Below, piece after piece: positions 27,617-36,305 of a DNA stretch of 57,063 nt. This DNA comes from Nitrosovibrio sp. Nv4 (GTDB lineage Bacteria > Bdellovibrionota > UBA1018 > CAIMNF01), in contig CALPVV020000002.1 in the NCBI GenBank assembly GCA_943327105.2, forward strand, positions 1 through 57,063, given 5' to 3'. A model generated the notes under the pieces. That model was not told the origin of the DNA. It saw only the letters and a program-made list of their open reading frames with translations, and ran no database searches. The number at the start of each line of letters is the position of its first letter. Position 1 is the stretch's first letter. The translations under genes and the position numbers were made by a program.

Positions 27617-29701
27617 GTGTCATCACCACGCAGTCGCTTTACTCCTGAATGGATCCAGCAGCTCAAAAGCAATATCAACTTGATTGATCTTGTTTCTGAG
27701 AACGTCGATCTTAAAAAAACAGGCAATCGGTTCATGGGACGTTGTCCGTTTCATGGCGATCGGAGTCCCTCGTTCTCGGTGAACCGCGATTTCTATTATT
27801 GCTTCGGCTGTAAAGAAACGGGTGATGCGATTTCACTCATGACCAAGCTGCATGGGCTGAGCTTTGAAGAGGCTATCGAAGATCTTGCTGAAAAGGCGAA
27901 TCTTAAAATTCCAGAAAGCACCTATGCATCCAGTGCTGATGAACAAGCGATGTATCAGCGTCGATTGCGATTGCAAAAGGGCGCACGGCTTCTTCATTTC
28001 GCATCGATTCAGTATTATCACCAGAATCTGGCTAAACCCAAATTGAGCCCGCAATTCGCTGAAGCCGTTGAGTACTTAAAAAAGCGTGGAATTACCCAGC
28101 AAACCATCGAAAACTTTCAAGTCGGCGTGGCTGGTTACAAGGCCGATGGGTTGGTGCAGTTTTTGACCGAAGCCAAGGCTCCGCTTGATCTTGCTCGTGA
28201 AGCGGGATTGATTCGTCCATCGCAAAAACAGGCGGGCGATTATGATTTCTTTCGTGAGCGTGTTCTCTTCCCATTGATCGATGTGCGTGGAAGGGTATGC
28301 GGGTTTGGTGGCCGAATCCTGCCATCGGCCGACAAGAAAGATGCAGAAGTCAAACTCCCGAAATATCTCAACAGTGCCGAGAGTGAATATTTCCAGAAGT
28401 CTAAATTTTTATACGGTCTGTATCAGGCCAAGCGTGCCATTCGCGAAGAAGAGTCGGTGATCGTCGTTGAGGGTTACTTCGATGTGATCGGCATGCATCA
28501 ATATGGTTTTCAAAATGTGGTTGCCACTTGTGGTACATCGCTCACGGAAGACCACCTGAAAACGCTTTCAAGACTGGCAAAGAAGATCATTGTTTTCTTC
28601 GATCAAGATGCGGCCGGAATCGGTGCAACTGAAAAAGCGATGGAAATGGGCTTGAAAAACGGAGTTTTATTTTACGGAATTCCTTTTGAAGGCAAGCTTG
28701 ATCCGGATGAGTTCCTTTATCCGGATCTTCACGATTCTGAAAAACCCAACACCAAGAAAATGAAAACCTGGATCGCGAATGCGTTTCCGCTTCTTGATCA
28801 ACGAATTGATCATGAGCTTCGCATCAGCGAGGGAAATATTGAGCAACGTTCTCTTGCGGTTAAGCAGATCACTCAATGGTTGGAGATGTTCACGGACGAG
28901 GTCGGTCGCGCTATGCGGGTCGATCAATTGATTCAGAAGTGGCGTATTCCACCGGTTGCGTTGGGACGCTTGGGGCAATCTCAAAACACTAGGCCATCAA
29001 ACCCTCATCCACAAAATCGACCGCAGTCTCAGCCTCATCCGAATGCACCGAACGCACAGATGCCGCCTTATTCAGATCAAGGTCAAGGTTACCGCCGCAA
29101 TCCCAACCCTCAATATCGCGACGGCAGACCACCGTATCGGGACCGAGACGGTAAACAGCAGTACCGTGATCGTGATGGCAGACCCACGTTAACAGGGGCG
29201 CCGATGCCTCCTCGTAGGCCGCAGCGGTTTCAGCCTTTTGATTTACAATTGCTTGGTTACTTTCTTAAGTTTGAGAAGTTCGGTCACCTTTTTGAGGCTG
29301 CCTTAACGCAGATCCCTGAAAAAGATTCATTGTCTGATTTCTTTTATGACACCGAATTGAGCGCATGGGTGAGTCGCATTTTAAAAGAACCAGCCGGACT
29401 TTCTCAACTAAAGGCGGCACCGGACACTTTGGTCAGTGGGCCAATATCTCAAGAGTTACAGTCAGTTATTATGGAATCTCTGCTGCAAGATGACTCAACT
29501 TTGGAAGAGGCCCATCTCGAAGCGTTATTGAAAAAAGGCATTCATAAAATTTGGGTACGATTTTCGCATGATCTCAAACGCCAAATGGCGCAGGCAGACG
29601 CGAGTCAAGATAGCGAAAAATTTAAGGAATTATCCCAACAATTCCTTGACCTGCAACGAAAACTAAAGGAATTTGAAGGGTCGTATGTCTCAGGAAATTA
29701 A
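27617..29701 (+). CDS. dnaG: DNA primase with an expanded low-complexity linker
   Basis: GTG start. Zinc-ribbon [13 protein letters not shown]...CFGC and TOPRIM EGYFDV...DQD. Length is 694 aa, including a Pro/Gln/Asn/Arg-rich insert. Confidence 0.92.
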   Translation: MSSPRSRFTPEWIQQLKSNINLIDLVSENVDLKKTGNRFMGRCPFHGDRSPSFSVNRDFYYCFGCKETGDAISLMTKLHGLSFEEAIEDLAEKANLKIPESTYASSADEQAMYQRRLRLQKGARLLHFASIQYYHQNLAKPKLSPQFAEAVEYLKKRGITQQTIENFQVGVAGYKADGLVQFLTEAKAPLDLAREAGLIRPSQKQAGDYDFFRERVLFPLIDVRGRVCGFGGRILPSADKKDAEVKLPKYLNSAESEYFQKSKFLYGLYQAKRAIREEESVIVVEGYFDVIGMHQYGFQNVVATCGTSLTEDHLKTLSRLAKKIIVFFDQDAAGIGATEKAMEMGLKNGVLFYGIPFEGKLDPDEFLYPDLHDSEKPNTKKMKTWIANAFPLLDQRIDHELRISEGNIEQRSLAVKQITQWLEMFTDEVGRAMRVDQLIQKWRIPPVALGRLGQSQNTRPSNPHPQNRPQSQPHPNAPNAQMPPYSDQGQGYRRNPNPQYRDGRPPYRDRDGKQQYRDRDGRPTLTGAPMPPRRPQRFQPFDLQLLGYFLKFEKFGHLFEAALTQIPEKDSLSDFFYDTELSAWVSRILKEPAGLSQLKAAPDTLVSGPISQELQSVIMESLLQDDSTLEEAHLEALLKKGIHKIWVRFSHDLKRQMAQADASQDSEKFKELSQQFLDLQRKLKEFEGSYVSGN

Positions 29702-31511
29702 GACCGAAACCAAACCATCTCAAATCAAAAATCACAAAGATATTAAGAAACTTTTAGATCTTGGTGTCCAACGTGGATTTCTCTCTTATGTCGAAGTGCA
29801 TGAATTGCTTCCTCACGAGATGATCACTTCAGAAGAAATCGATGAAGTGATGGTTCTTCTTGCTGAGAATGAAATTGAAGTGACCGATGGCAAGCGTCGT
29901 CCTGAAGGTGAAGAAGGCGAAGAGGAATCTCTTGTAGATGAACTCGCTGGTCCTGAAGCGGCTAGCGAAGAATTGCAATCAGACGAATCAGGCGACCTCG
30001 TGTCCACCGCTGAATACGCAAAGGGTACTGACCCTGTTAAACTTTATTTGAAGAAAATGGGTTCGGTTTCTCTCCTCACTCGTGAAGGTGAAGTTGAAAT
30101 TGCGAAACGAATTGAAGCAGGCGAGCTTGAAATCTTGCGTGCGCTTCTTGCTTCTCGTCTCGGAACCATGGCGATCGTTGAACTCGGTGAGCGCCTTGAA
30201 ACAGCGAAGACCAAGGTGAAAGACGTGATTCGTGGTGTGGAAGATGAAGTCACACCGGAAGATGAAAAAGTTTATCTCGATAAAGTAATCAAGGCGGTTT
30301 CTAAAGTGAAGTCTCTCTTGGCTTACCAAGAGAAGATGGATGTGAAGCTTGTGGGTTCTGAAGCCCGCAAGACTCCGGCAAAAGAAAAAGAAGCGATTCG
30401 TGTAGAGATCAAGAAAAAAGAACGTCAGGTAGAAAGCGGTTTCGAAAACATCGCGTTCAACCGTAAGACGATCAACGTTCTTGCCGCACAAATTAAAGAT
30501 TATTGGACCCGTGGAAGAGACATCAAAGAAGAACGTTCCAAGATTTATCAATACCTCGGTGTGAAAAACGTCGATGAGTTCACTGACGTCGCTGAACAGG
30601 CAAAAAAACCTGAAAACGTTGCAGGTCTTTGCAAGAAGTTCGACCTCGGTGAGCAGAAGCTCATGCAGTTGGTGACCCAAGAAGAAGAAGCGGTGAAAAA
30701 ACTGGATCGCCTTGAAAGTGAATCAGGCGTGACCGTTGATGAGTTGAAACGAATCAATGAAAGTCTTTTGATCGGTGAGCGTAGTGCCGACGTGGCGAAG
30801 AGTGAGCTGGTTGAAGCAAACTTGCGTCTCGTGGTATCGATCGCTAAAAAATACACCAACCGTGGTCTTCAATTCCTCGATTTGATTCAAGAAGGAAACA
30901 TCGGTCTCATGAAGGCCGTTGATAAATTCGAATACCGTCGTGGTTACAAGTTTTCTACCTATGCAACTTGGTGGATCCGTCAGGCCATCACTCGTGCGAT
31001 CGCCGATCAGGCGCGTACGATTCGTATTCCTGTTCACATGATCGAGACCATTAACAAGCTTGTTCGTACCAGCCGTATGCTCATGCAACAGCTTGGTCGT
31101 GAACCGCAGCCGGAAGAGATCGCAGTGAAAATGGAAATGCCGGTCGACAAAGTACGTAAAGTACTCAAGATCGCGAAAGAACCAATTTCACTTGAAACTC
31201 CAATCGGTGAAGAAGAAGATTCATCACTCGGTGACTTCATTGAAGATAAAAACATCATCAATCCATCTGAAGCGGTGATCAGCTTGAACTTGTCTGAACA
31301 GACTCGTAAAGTTCTAGCGACTCTCACTCCGCGTGAAGAGAAGGTTCTTCGCATGCGTTTCGGTATCGGTGAGAAGTCAGACCACACTCTCGAAGAAGTG
31401 GGTCAGGATTTCTTCGTTACCCGCGAGCGTATTCGTCAGATCGAGGCAAAGGCTCTTCGCAAGCTTCGCCATCCTTCTCGTGCGAAACTGCTTAAAGCAT
31501 TTAGTGACTAA
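29685..31511 (+). CDS. rpoD: RNA polymerase sigma-70 factor
   Basis: Start at MSQEIK. Acidic region 1, region 2 ([59 protein letters not shown]) and region 4 ([30 protein letters not shown]). Confidence 0.95.
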   Translation: MSQEIKTETKPSQIKNHKDIKKLLDLGVQRGFLSYVEVHELLPHEMITSEEIDEVMVLLAENEIEVTDGKRRPEGEEGEEESLVDELAGPEAASEELQSDESGDLVSTAEYAKGTDPVKLYLKKMGSVSLLTREGEVEIAKRIEAGELEILRALLASRLGTMAIVELGERLETAKTKVKDVIRGVEDEVTPEDEKVYLDKVIKAVSKVKSLLAYQEKMDVKLVGSEARKTPAKEKEAIRVEIKKKERQVESGFENIAFNRKTINVLAAQIKDYWTRGRDIKEERSKIYQYLGVKNVDEFTDVAEQAKKPENVAGLCKKFDLGEQKLMQLVTQEEEAVKKLDRLESESGVTVDELKRINESLLIGERSADVAKSELVEANLRLVVSIAKKYTNRGLQFLDLIQEGNIGLMKAVDKFEYRRGYKFSTYATWWIRQAITRAIADQARTIRIPVHMIETINKLVRTSRMLMQQLGREPQPEEIAVKMEMPVDKVRKVLKIAKEPISLETPIGEEEDSSLGDFIEDKNIINPSEAVISLNLSEQTRKVLATLTPREEKVLRMRFGIGEKSDHTLEEVGQDFFVTRERIRQIEAKALRKLRHPSRAKLLKAFSD

Positions 31512-31537
31512 TGTCCCAAAGCTAATGACTATATTTC

Positions 31538-31575
31538 AAAAAGCCCATCGGCGGTGCCGGTGGGCTTTTTGTTTT
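31538..31575 (+). terminator. intrinsic terminator after rpoD
   Basis: Stem GCCCATCGG (31543-31551) pairs with CCGGTGGGC (31557-31565) with one G-U pair and a 5-nt loop. TTTTTGTTTT follows. Confidence 0.75.
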
Positions 31576-31637
31576 GTGGTTATCAATGTTCGTTATATCG
31601 TCATTCACCGTAATTACTCGAAAAAGCAGGCTTTTAG

Positions 31638-31655
31638 TGTGTCACTCGTGACACA
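31638..31655. promoter_or_regulatory. 8-bp perfect inverted repeat (candidate operator) upstream of a promoter-like region
   Basis: TGTGTCAC-TC-GTGACACA, immediately followed by TTGACT-17 nt-TAAATT and a TAGAAT hexamer. All lie upstream of the 31706 ORF. Confidence 0.3.
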
Positions 31656-31705
31656 ATCTTTGACTCAATAATAATACTTTATTAAATTGGTCAAGTTAGT
31701 TTAGA

Positions 31706-32428
31706 ATGGTAAATATGAGAATGCTTACTCTTATATTGATGTCGTTAGCTTTGGGGAATTCAGCTTCTGCGGGTGAAAAGTGTACAGATCATTTCAAGAA
31801 GGCAAAAATCAATTACCCCTGCATGGCTCAGTTTGAGCAATTTGATTCGATTCAATCGCTGATGCCTCACGCAAGTAAGCTGTCTTGTTATGGTGAAAAT
31901 GCTTATCCAGAGCCTTCCATTCAAATCAGTTCAAACGAATTTGTTTTTAAAGATCTTGATGAAAAGAAAAAGATAGCCACCGTGAAGAAGGATGGAGATT
32001 TTGTGACTTTTTATTTTGAAGTCACTCCTCGGCGGGCGTTTCGTTTCAAACAAGAAGATGCGGGAAAGTGTTACCTGGATTCATTCAATGTTGAGGCCGG
32101 TGCTTCAACTGTTGTTATGGATGAAGCCGGTTGTCGTGCCATTCTGGTAAAGTCTGCCGAAGTCTGTAAAGGAAAAGCGAAGGAAGGCGATCTCAGTACA
32201 TTGGCCTTGGATCTTGTAAATAAAATCAGACGAAATGAAGGTAAGAAATTGAGTCGAGAAGACATGGGCAATTTGATCTCGAATTGCCGTTACCATAGCT
32301 GCGGTGCTGATCCGGTAACGAAGAAAATGATGCCTAAATTTGCCGCTTCTCTTTTGAAGCCGTATAAGGAAATCGTCAAAGAGCGTGAAGAAGGAAAGTC
32401 ATCAGGCTCTGGTGTAAAAGGGCACTAA
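31706..32428 (+). CDS. secreted Cys-containing hypothetical protein
   Basis: Signal peptide LTLILMSLALGNSASA and multiple Cys residues. No recognisable domain. Confidence 0.5.
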   Translation: MVNMRMLTLILMSLALGNSASAGEKCTDHFKKAKINYPCMAQFEQFDSIQSLMPHASKLSCYGENAYPEPSIQISSNEFVFKDLDEKKKIATVKKDGDFVTFYFEVTPRRAFRFKQEDAGKCYLDSFNVEAGASTVVMDEAGCRAILVKSAEVCKGKAKEGDLSTLALDLVNKIRRNEGKKLSREDMGNLISNCRYHSCGADPVTKKMMPKFAASLLKPYKEIVKEREEGKSSGSGVKGH

Positions 32429-32434
32429 ATCATT

Positions 32435-32995
32435 TTAAATTTTCAGCATTTGAAAGGCGAGTAAGCCCAATACCGTTGCGCCAACCAGGTGCATGATGGG
32501 GCCGAAGCGATCTGACATTTTACGGGCAAGATAAAGTCCGGCAATGGTTGAGGAGAAAGCCCACAACCCAATCGAAGTGACATATGCGGCTACCGGTTTG
32601 TTGGCAACACCCAGCCCGATGCCAACGCCAAATGCATCCATACTGGTTGCAAAAGACACGACCAGAATTTTAGCGAAACTATGAAAGTCTTTTTTTGCTT
32701 CGACTTCTTCATCGTGTCCACGCAAGTGTTGAATTCCTTCGTAGGCCATGTGAAGAGCGACTGCCATCAGTAGGGTAAAGGCAATCCAGTGATCCCATGC
32801 CTCAAGTTTGCTGATGATGTGAGTTCCGGCAAGTGCTCCAATCAGAGTTGCCATGGCTTCAGCACCGCCAGAAGATAATGCAAACTTGAGAGCATCTTTG
32901 CGTGTAAACGGGCGATGGCCCATAGCCACAGCGGCTGAAAATGAATCAGCACTCAAGACCAGGCCGATGACCATGACTTCAATCAATAAATTCAT
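32435..32995 (-). CDS. mntP: manganese efflux pump MntP family
   Basis: Two DUF204-type repeats, SADSFSAAVAMG and SMDAFGVGIGLG. 186 aa with six hydrophobic helices. Confidence 0.8.
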   Translation of the reverse strand: MNLLIEVMVIGLVLSADSFSAAVAMGHRPFTRKDALKFALSSGGAEAMATLIGALAGTHIISKLEAWDHWIAFTLLMAVALHMAYEGIQHLRGHDEEVEAKKDFHSFAKILVVSFATSMDAFGVGIGLGVANKPVAAYVTSIGLWAFSSTIAGLYLARKMSDRFGPIMHLVGATVLGLLAFQMLKI

Positions 32996-33013
32996 GCAAC
33001 GATCATAGCCTGA

Positions 33014-33805
33014 TTACGGCTGTTGACTCCAGAAATAAAGAGCAGGGTAAGCCGCAAGCCAGGCAAAGAGAAATCGATTCAAACCAAAGATCCAAAAATT
33101 AAAAAGGTGAAAAATAAAGCCAAAAGCTACGAAAATAAAACAAATTTCCGGTCTGATCCACGACAATGGAAAAATGCATTCGATCAAAATAATAGTGCAT
33201 GAAATGATTTTTGACCGAGTTGGCTGATTGAACAAGTGACGGACCCAGTCTGGAGGAGAGTCGTAACGTGGGGTTTTTAAGAAGATCGGCATCGCCAAAC
33301 CGGTTCGCCATTCAGAATTTTTGAGCTTCACCACTCCGGCAACCAGATAGGAAAGCGTGAGTTGAAGAGCGATATATGCCAAAGCGTATTTCGCAATTGC
33401 CGGGCGATCGATGAGGGCGCGCGCGGCGAATAATCCGATAGACACCACGATAGTCATCGAATCACTTCCACCATTGAAGAGCCCGCGCCATCGAATAGAA
33501 ATCAACCACGTGGAAAAAAACAGGAACGCATTCAAGTATGAGTGAGGATGGTTCCAAATCATCAGGGCTGAAATGATTCGAAAAACGAGTAGGGTTGTAA
33601 AACCAATGGTGCTGAAAAATATTTTGAAAAGTGGGCCCCTCAGTTCTTTAGAAAGAGTAGACCAGCGCCAGATTCCTTCTTCAGACCAGCAGGAGCGGAT
33701 TTGCAGCAATTCGATTGATTGAAGAATGACCGCGATCGAAAGCAGCTTTTCAGAAAGTGTGATTGCATCATTGATACTGAGTGAAGAAAAATTGATGAAG
33801 TTCAT
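33014..33805 (-). CDS. HTTM-like / SdpB-like polytopic membrane protein
   Basis: 263-aa multi-pass protein. LLVFRIISALMIW, RWRGLFNGGSDSMTIVVSIGLF and the C-terminal FLFAWLAAYPALYF resemble HTTM (vitamin-K carboxylase-related) and SdpB family patterns, as I recall them. Confidence 0.45.
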   Translation of the reverse strand: MNFINFSSLSINDAITLSEKLLSIAVILQSIELLQIRSCWSEEGIWRWSTLSKELRGPLFKIFFSTIGFTTLLVFRIISALMIWNHPHSYLNAFLFFSTWLISIRWRGLFNGGSDSMTIVVSIGLFAARALIDRPAIAKYALAYIALQLTLSYLVAGVVKLKNSEWRTGLAMPIFLKTPRYDSPPDWVRHLFNQPTRSKIISCTIILIECIFPLSWIRPEICFIFVAFGFIFHLFNFWIFGLNRFLFAWLAAYPALYFWSQQP

Positions 33806-34179
33806 TTTTCAAAAACCTCAGAAGTATAATCGACGGTTTGGCAAACCAAACGGAATTGGAAAAACCGTTTTGGTTTGGCCTCAAATTCGACCAGGTTTTT
33901 GACCAGTTCGATTGATACTTCGGCATTCAGCCCATCGACGAGATCGTTTTTAAGGTACTCAAGCAAGGCATGACTGGCGAATAATTGGTTTTCGTATGAA
34001 TTCAAAAATAATTTACCCCAGGCTCGACGAGGTGGCTTGGGGATTGTGTTTTGCCATTCACCAAATGTGGTGCCGTCATCGGATATTCGATGAGTCAGGA
34101 CTGCGGCATCGACGGTGCCATCAAAAAAGCGCCAAGAAGGGATCAAGACCCGGATGATTTGATTCATGGTGTTCTTCAA
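33802..34179 (-). CDS. small soluble partner of the HTTM-like protein (SdpA-like by context)
   Basis: 125 aa with no TM segment, ATGA-coupled to the HTTM-like gene. The IPSWRFFDG motif is present. The function call rests on synteny only. Confidence 0.3.
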   Translation of the reverse strand: MKNTMNQIIRVLIPSWRFFDGTVDAAVLTHRISDDGTTFGEWQNTIPKPPRRAWGKLFLNSYENQLFASHALLEYLKNDLVDGLNAEVSIELVKNLVEFEAKPKRFFQFRLVCQTVDYTSEVFEK

Positions 34180-34221
34180 TGATCATAGTACGAAGCGGGT
34201 TCTTGTGTTAATATCAATTTC

Positions 34222-34581
34222 ATGAAATTAATCCGTATTGTCCTGGGGAAAATCATTTTGTTGTTGGATGCTGTTTTTGCGCCAAAAACTGTTATTCAGC
34301 GCGCTGCAGAGGCTCAAACCGTGCTCGATGCTAAAACCAAGACCTGGACGATGTATCAACTTCAAGCCTGTCCTTTCTGTGTGAAAGTCCGCCGTCAGAT
34401 GAAGAGATTTTCTATTCAGATTCCATTTAAGGATGTTGGTTCGGACCCTCAGGCATATCAGGAATTGATGGAAGGCGGAAAGATCGATCAAGTTCCTTGT
34501 TTAAGGCTTGTCGATCAGAGTGGTGCGGTTCAATGGATGTATGAGTCTTCAGAAATTAACGCCTTCCTGGAAAAACTTTAG
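34222..34581 (+). CDS. glutaredoxin-family protein with CPFC active site and N-terminal hydrophobic anchor
   Basis: MYQLQACPFCVKVRRQM, a cis-Pro region QVPCL, and a C-terminal ESSEINAFLEKL. The arrangement resembles Grx2/mPGES-2 N-domain-type proteins. Confidence 0.7.
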   Translation: MKLIRIVLGKIILLLDAVFAPKTVIQRAAEAQTVLDAKTKTWTMYQLQACPFCVKVRRQMKRFSIQIPFKDVGSDPQAYQELMEGGKIDQVPCLRLVDQSGAVQWMYESSEINAFLEKL

Positions 34582-34706
34582 CTTGTGAAAAGTCATACAG
34601 AAGTCAAAACCATCCTTTCAGGCGATGGAGAATTTTTGCGCAAGCTTCTGTAATAACACTTAGATTCTTCACGTTTGGGATGAAATGGTGATACATTCGA
34701 CTGAAC

Positions 34707-36305
34707 ATGAAAAGACGAAAAAAAATGATTTCGGTTTTGGTTGTGGCACTGTTTGCGGGAGTTACCTCTCATGCGGAAGTCACCGCTTCGAAAGATCGTG
34801 TGCAACAGCGGTTGCGCGAAATGTTGGAAGTCCCGGCATCTGAAAAAGGTCCTATCAGTCTGAATCTGCGAGAGATCACCTTGGCAGCGATGGCAAGGTC
34901 CGATTCCTTTAAGGCTATTGTTGCTAAACTGGTGGCGGTTCAAAGTGATGAATTAGCGCAGTCAGCGATGACCGATGCCGCATTGTCTTTGCAGGCACGA
35001 CAAGAGTGGAACCGAAATCAGCCCAACAGTCTTTTTGGTACTAGTCGCTTTGACCAGACCAATGTCGATTTGGGTTTGGAAAAGCGGTTTCAGTCCGGTA
35101 CCAGACTTTCGCTGGGGCTTGGTGAGTACCGCAACAATTCTTCTTTCGGAACTGCATTCGGAACCATCGATGCCAAAGTCGCTGGTGCGAAGTTGGAATT
35201 AACTCAGAGTCTCTGGAAGGATTTCTTCGGAAGCTCGACCCGTGATTTGATGAAATCCGGAAAACTGAAAACTGAAGCGCGCATCGCCGCTTTCGAATCC
35301 GAAGTGGAAGATTGGTTCCTTCAGCTCAGTGGTCTTTATCATCAAGTCTGGTTTGCCCAAAAGAGAGTCGAAGCCACTCGCGAAAGTTTAGCCCGTAAAG
35401 AGCGTCTTGCAAAATTGTTTCAGCGCCGAAAGTCTTTGGGTATTTCCGAAGAGGCCGAACAGATTCAAGTTGAATCAGCGGTGGATCAGGCAAGGGTACA
35501 GCTCGATGAGTTGATCCGCTATCTCGATCAGTATTGGAATCTGTTAGTGGTGAGCTTGAAGCTTCCGGAGGAAGATCGATTCATCAATCCATTGGATGTG
35601 CCAGTCACGATTGATGCTGCACAGACTGAAGTGGCCATGGATTGCAAGATGACTCCCGCGACCAATCAGATGATCCGTCAAGTGGAACAGGAAATGGCCG
35701 CACTCGAATTGATAGCATCAGCCACTCAGGATCAATTGCGTCCTGATCTGATGTTATCCTTGGGCTTGGGTACGAACGGGTCGGTCTTGAATGCGAGCGA
35801 TGATTTCGCAACTCGTTGGTCAAATTCACTGAGTGCGCGATATCCTGCCTATACGGTGGGGTTGATGTTCCGACTGCCACTCGATGCATCCGCTGAAAAA
35901 TCAAAAACTATGGAAGTGTTTTCTGCGAAACTACAATTGCAAAGCCGCTTGAGCCAATTAAAAGATCAATTGCTGAGCGATTACGGAACCGCCTGCTTTG
36001 ACTTAAAGATGCTATCTGGTCATGAAAAACTATATCAGAAAATGGAATCTGAAATGAAGCGCCGGACCGAACTGGAGGAAACCCGCTACCGTCAGGCCCG
36101 TGTACTTCCGTTCATTGTTTTGCAAGCCGGTGATGAATTGTACGGAACCACGCTGGCTAGAAGCGCGAACCTCGTGAAGTGGAACGAAAAGAAATGGGCA
36201 CTCGAAAAAACGAGCGGAAAACTATATCCGACCCTTGATCATTGGGTTGTGGAGAAAAACAGTAAATCGATTCGCGATACGGCGAAGACTGAGGTTCAAC
36301 CATGA
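34707..36305 (+). CDS. TolC-family outer-membrane efflux protein
   Basis: Signal peptide. 532 aa with two-fold repeated helical/beta architecture and a Leu/Gln/Arg-rich coiled-coil pattern. ATGA-coupled to the RND gene. Confidence 0.7.
   Translation: MKRRKKMISVLVVALFAGVTSHAEVTASKDRVQQRLREMLEVPASEKGPISLNLREITLAAMARSDSFKAIVAKLVAVQSDELAQSAMTDAALSLQARQEWNRNQPNSLFGTSRFDQTNVDLGLEKRFQSGTRLSLGLGEYRNNSSFGTAFGTIDAKVAGAKLELTQSLWKDFFGSSTRDLMKSGKLKTEARIAAFESEVEDWFLQLSGLYHQVWFAQKRVEATRESLARKERLAKLFQRRKSLGISEEAEQIQVESAVDQARVQLDELIRYLDQYWNLLVVSLKLPEEDRFINPLDVPVTIDAAQTEVAMDCKMTPATNQMIRQVEQEMAALELIASATQDQLRPDLMLSLGLGTNGSVLNASDDFATRWSNSLSARYPAYTVGLMFRLPLDASAEKSKTMEVFSAKLQLQSRLSQLKDQLLSDYGTACFDLKMLSGHEKLYQKMESEMKRRTELEETRYRQARVLPFIVLQAGDELYGTTLARSANLVKWNEKKWALEKTSGKLYPTLDHWVVEKNSKSIRDTAKTEVQP

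Noticed and set aside
29988-30680. 230-aa antisense ORF, plus several other 64-121-aa ORFs, inside rpoD
   Set aside because: They lie entirely within the highly conserved rpoD frame. Long antisense ORFs are expected opposite GAA/GAG/AAA-rich coding sequence, and no motifs are present.
34582-34706. Nested inverted repeats (TACAGAAG...CTTCTGTA with inner CCATC...GATGG) upstream of the TolC-family gene
   Set aside because: The stems are short, 42 nt apart and have no U-tract. This may just be weak termination of the glutaredoxin-like gene, and there is too little evidence to call a regulatory RNA.
34593-34943. 116-aa minus-strand ORF
   Set aside because: It overlaps the TolC-family gene start and its upstream region in antisense. 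It is Cys/His/Arg-rich and looks like an unlikely protein.
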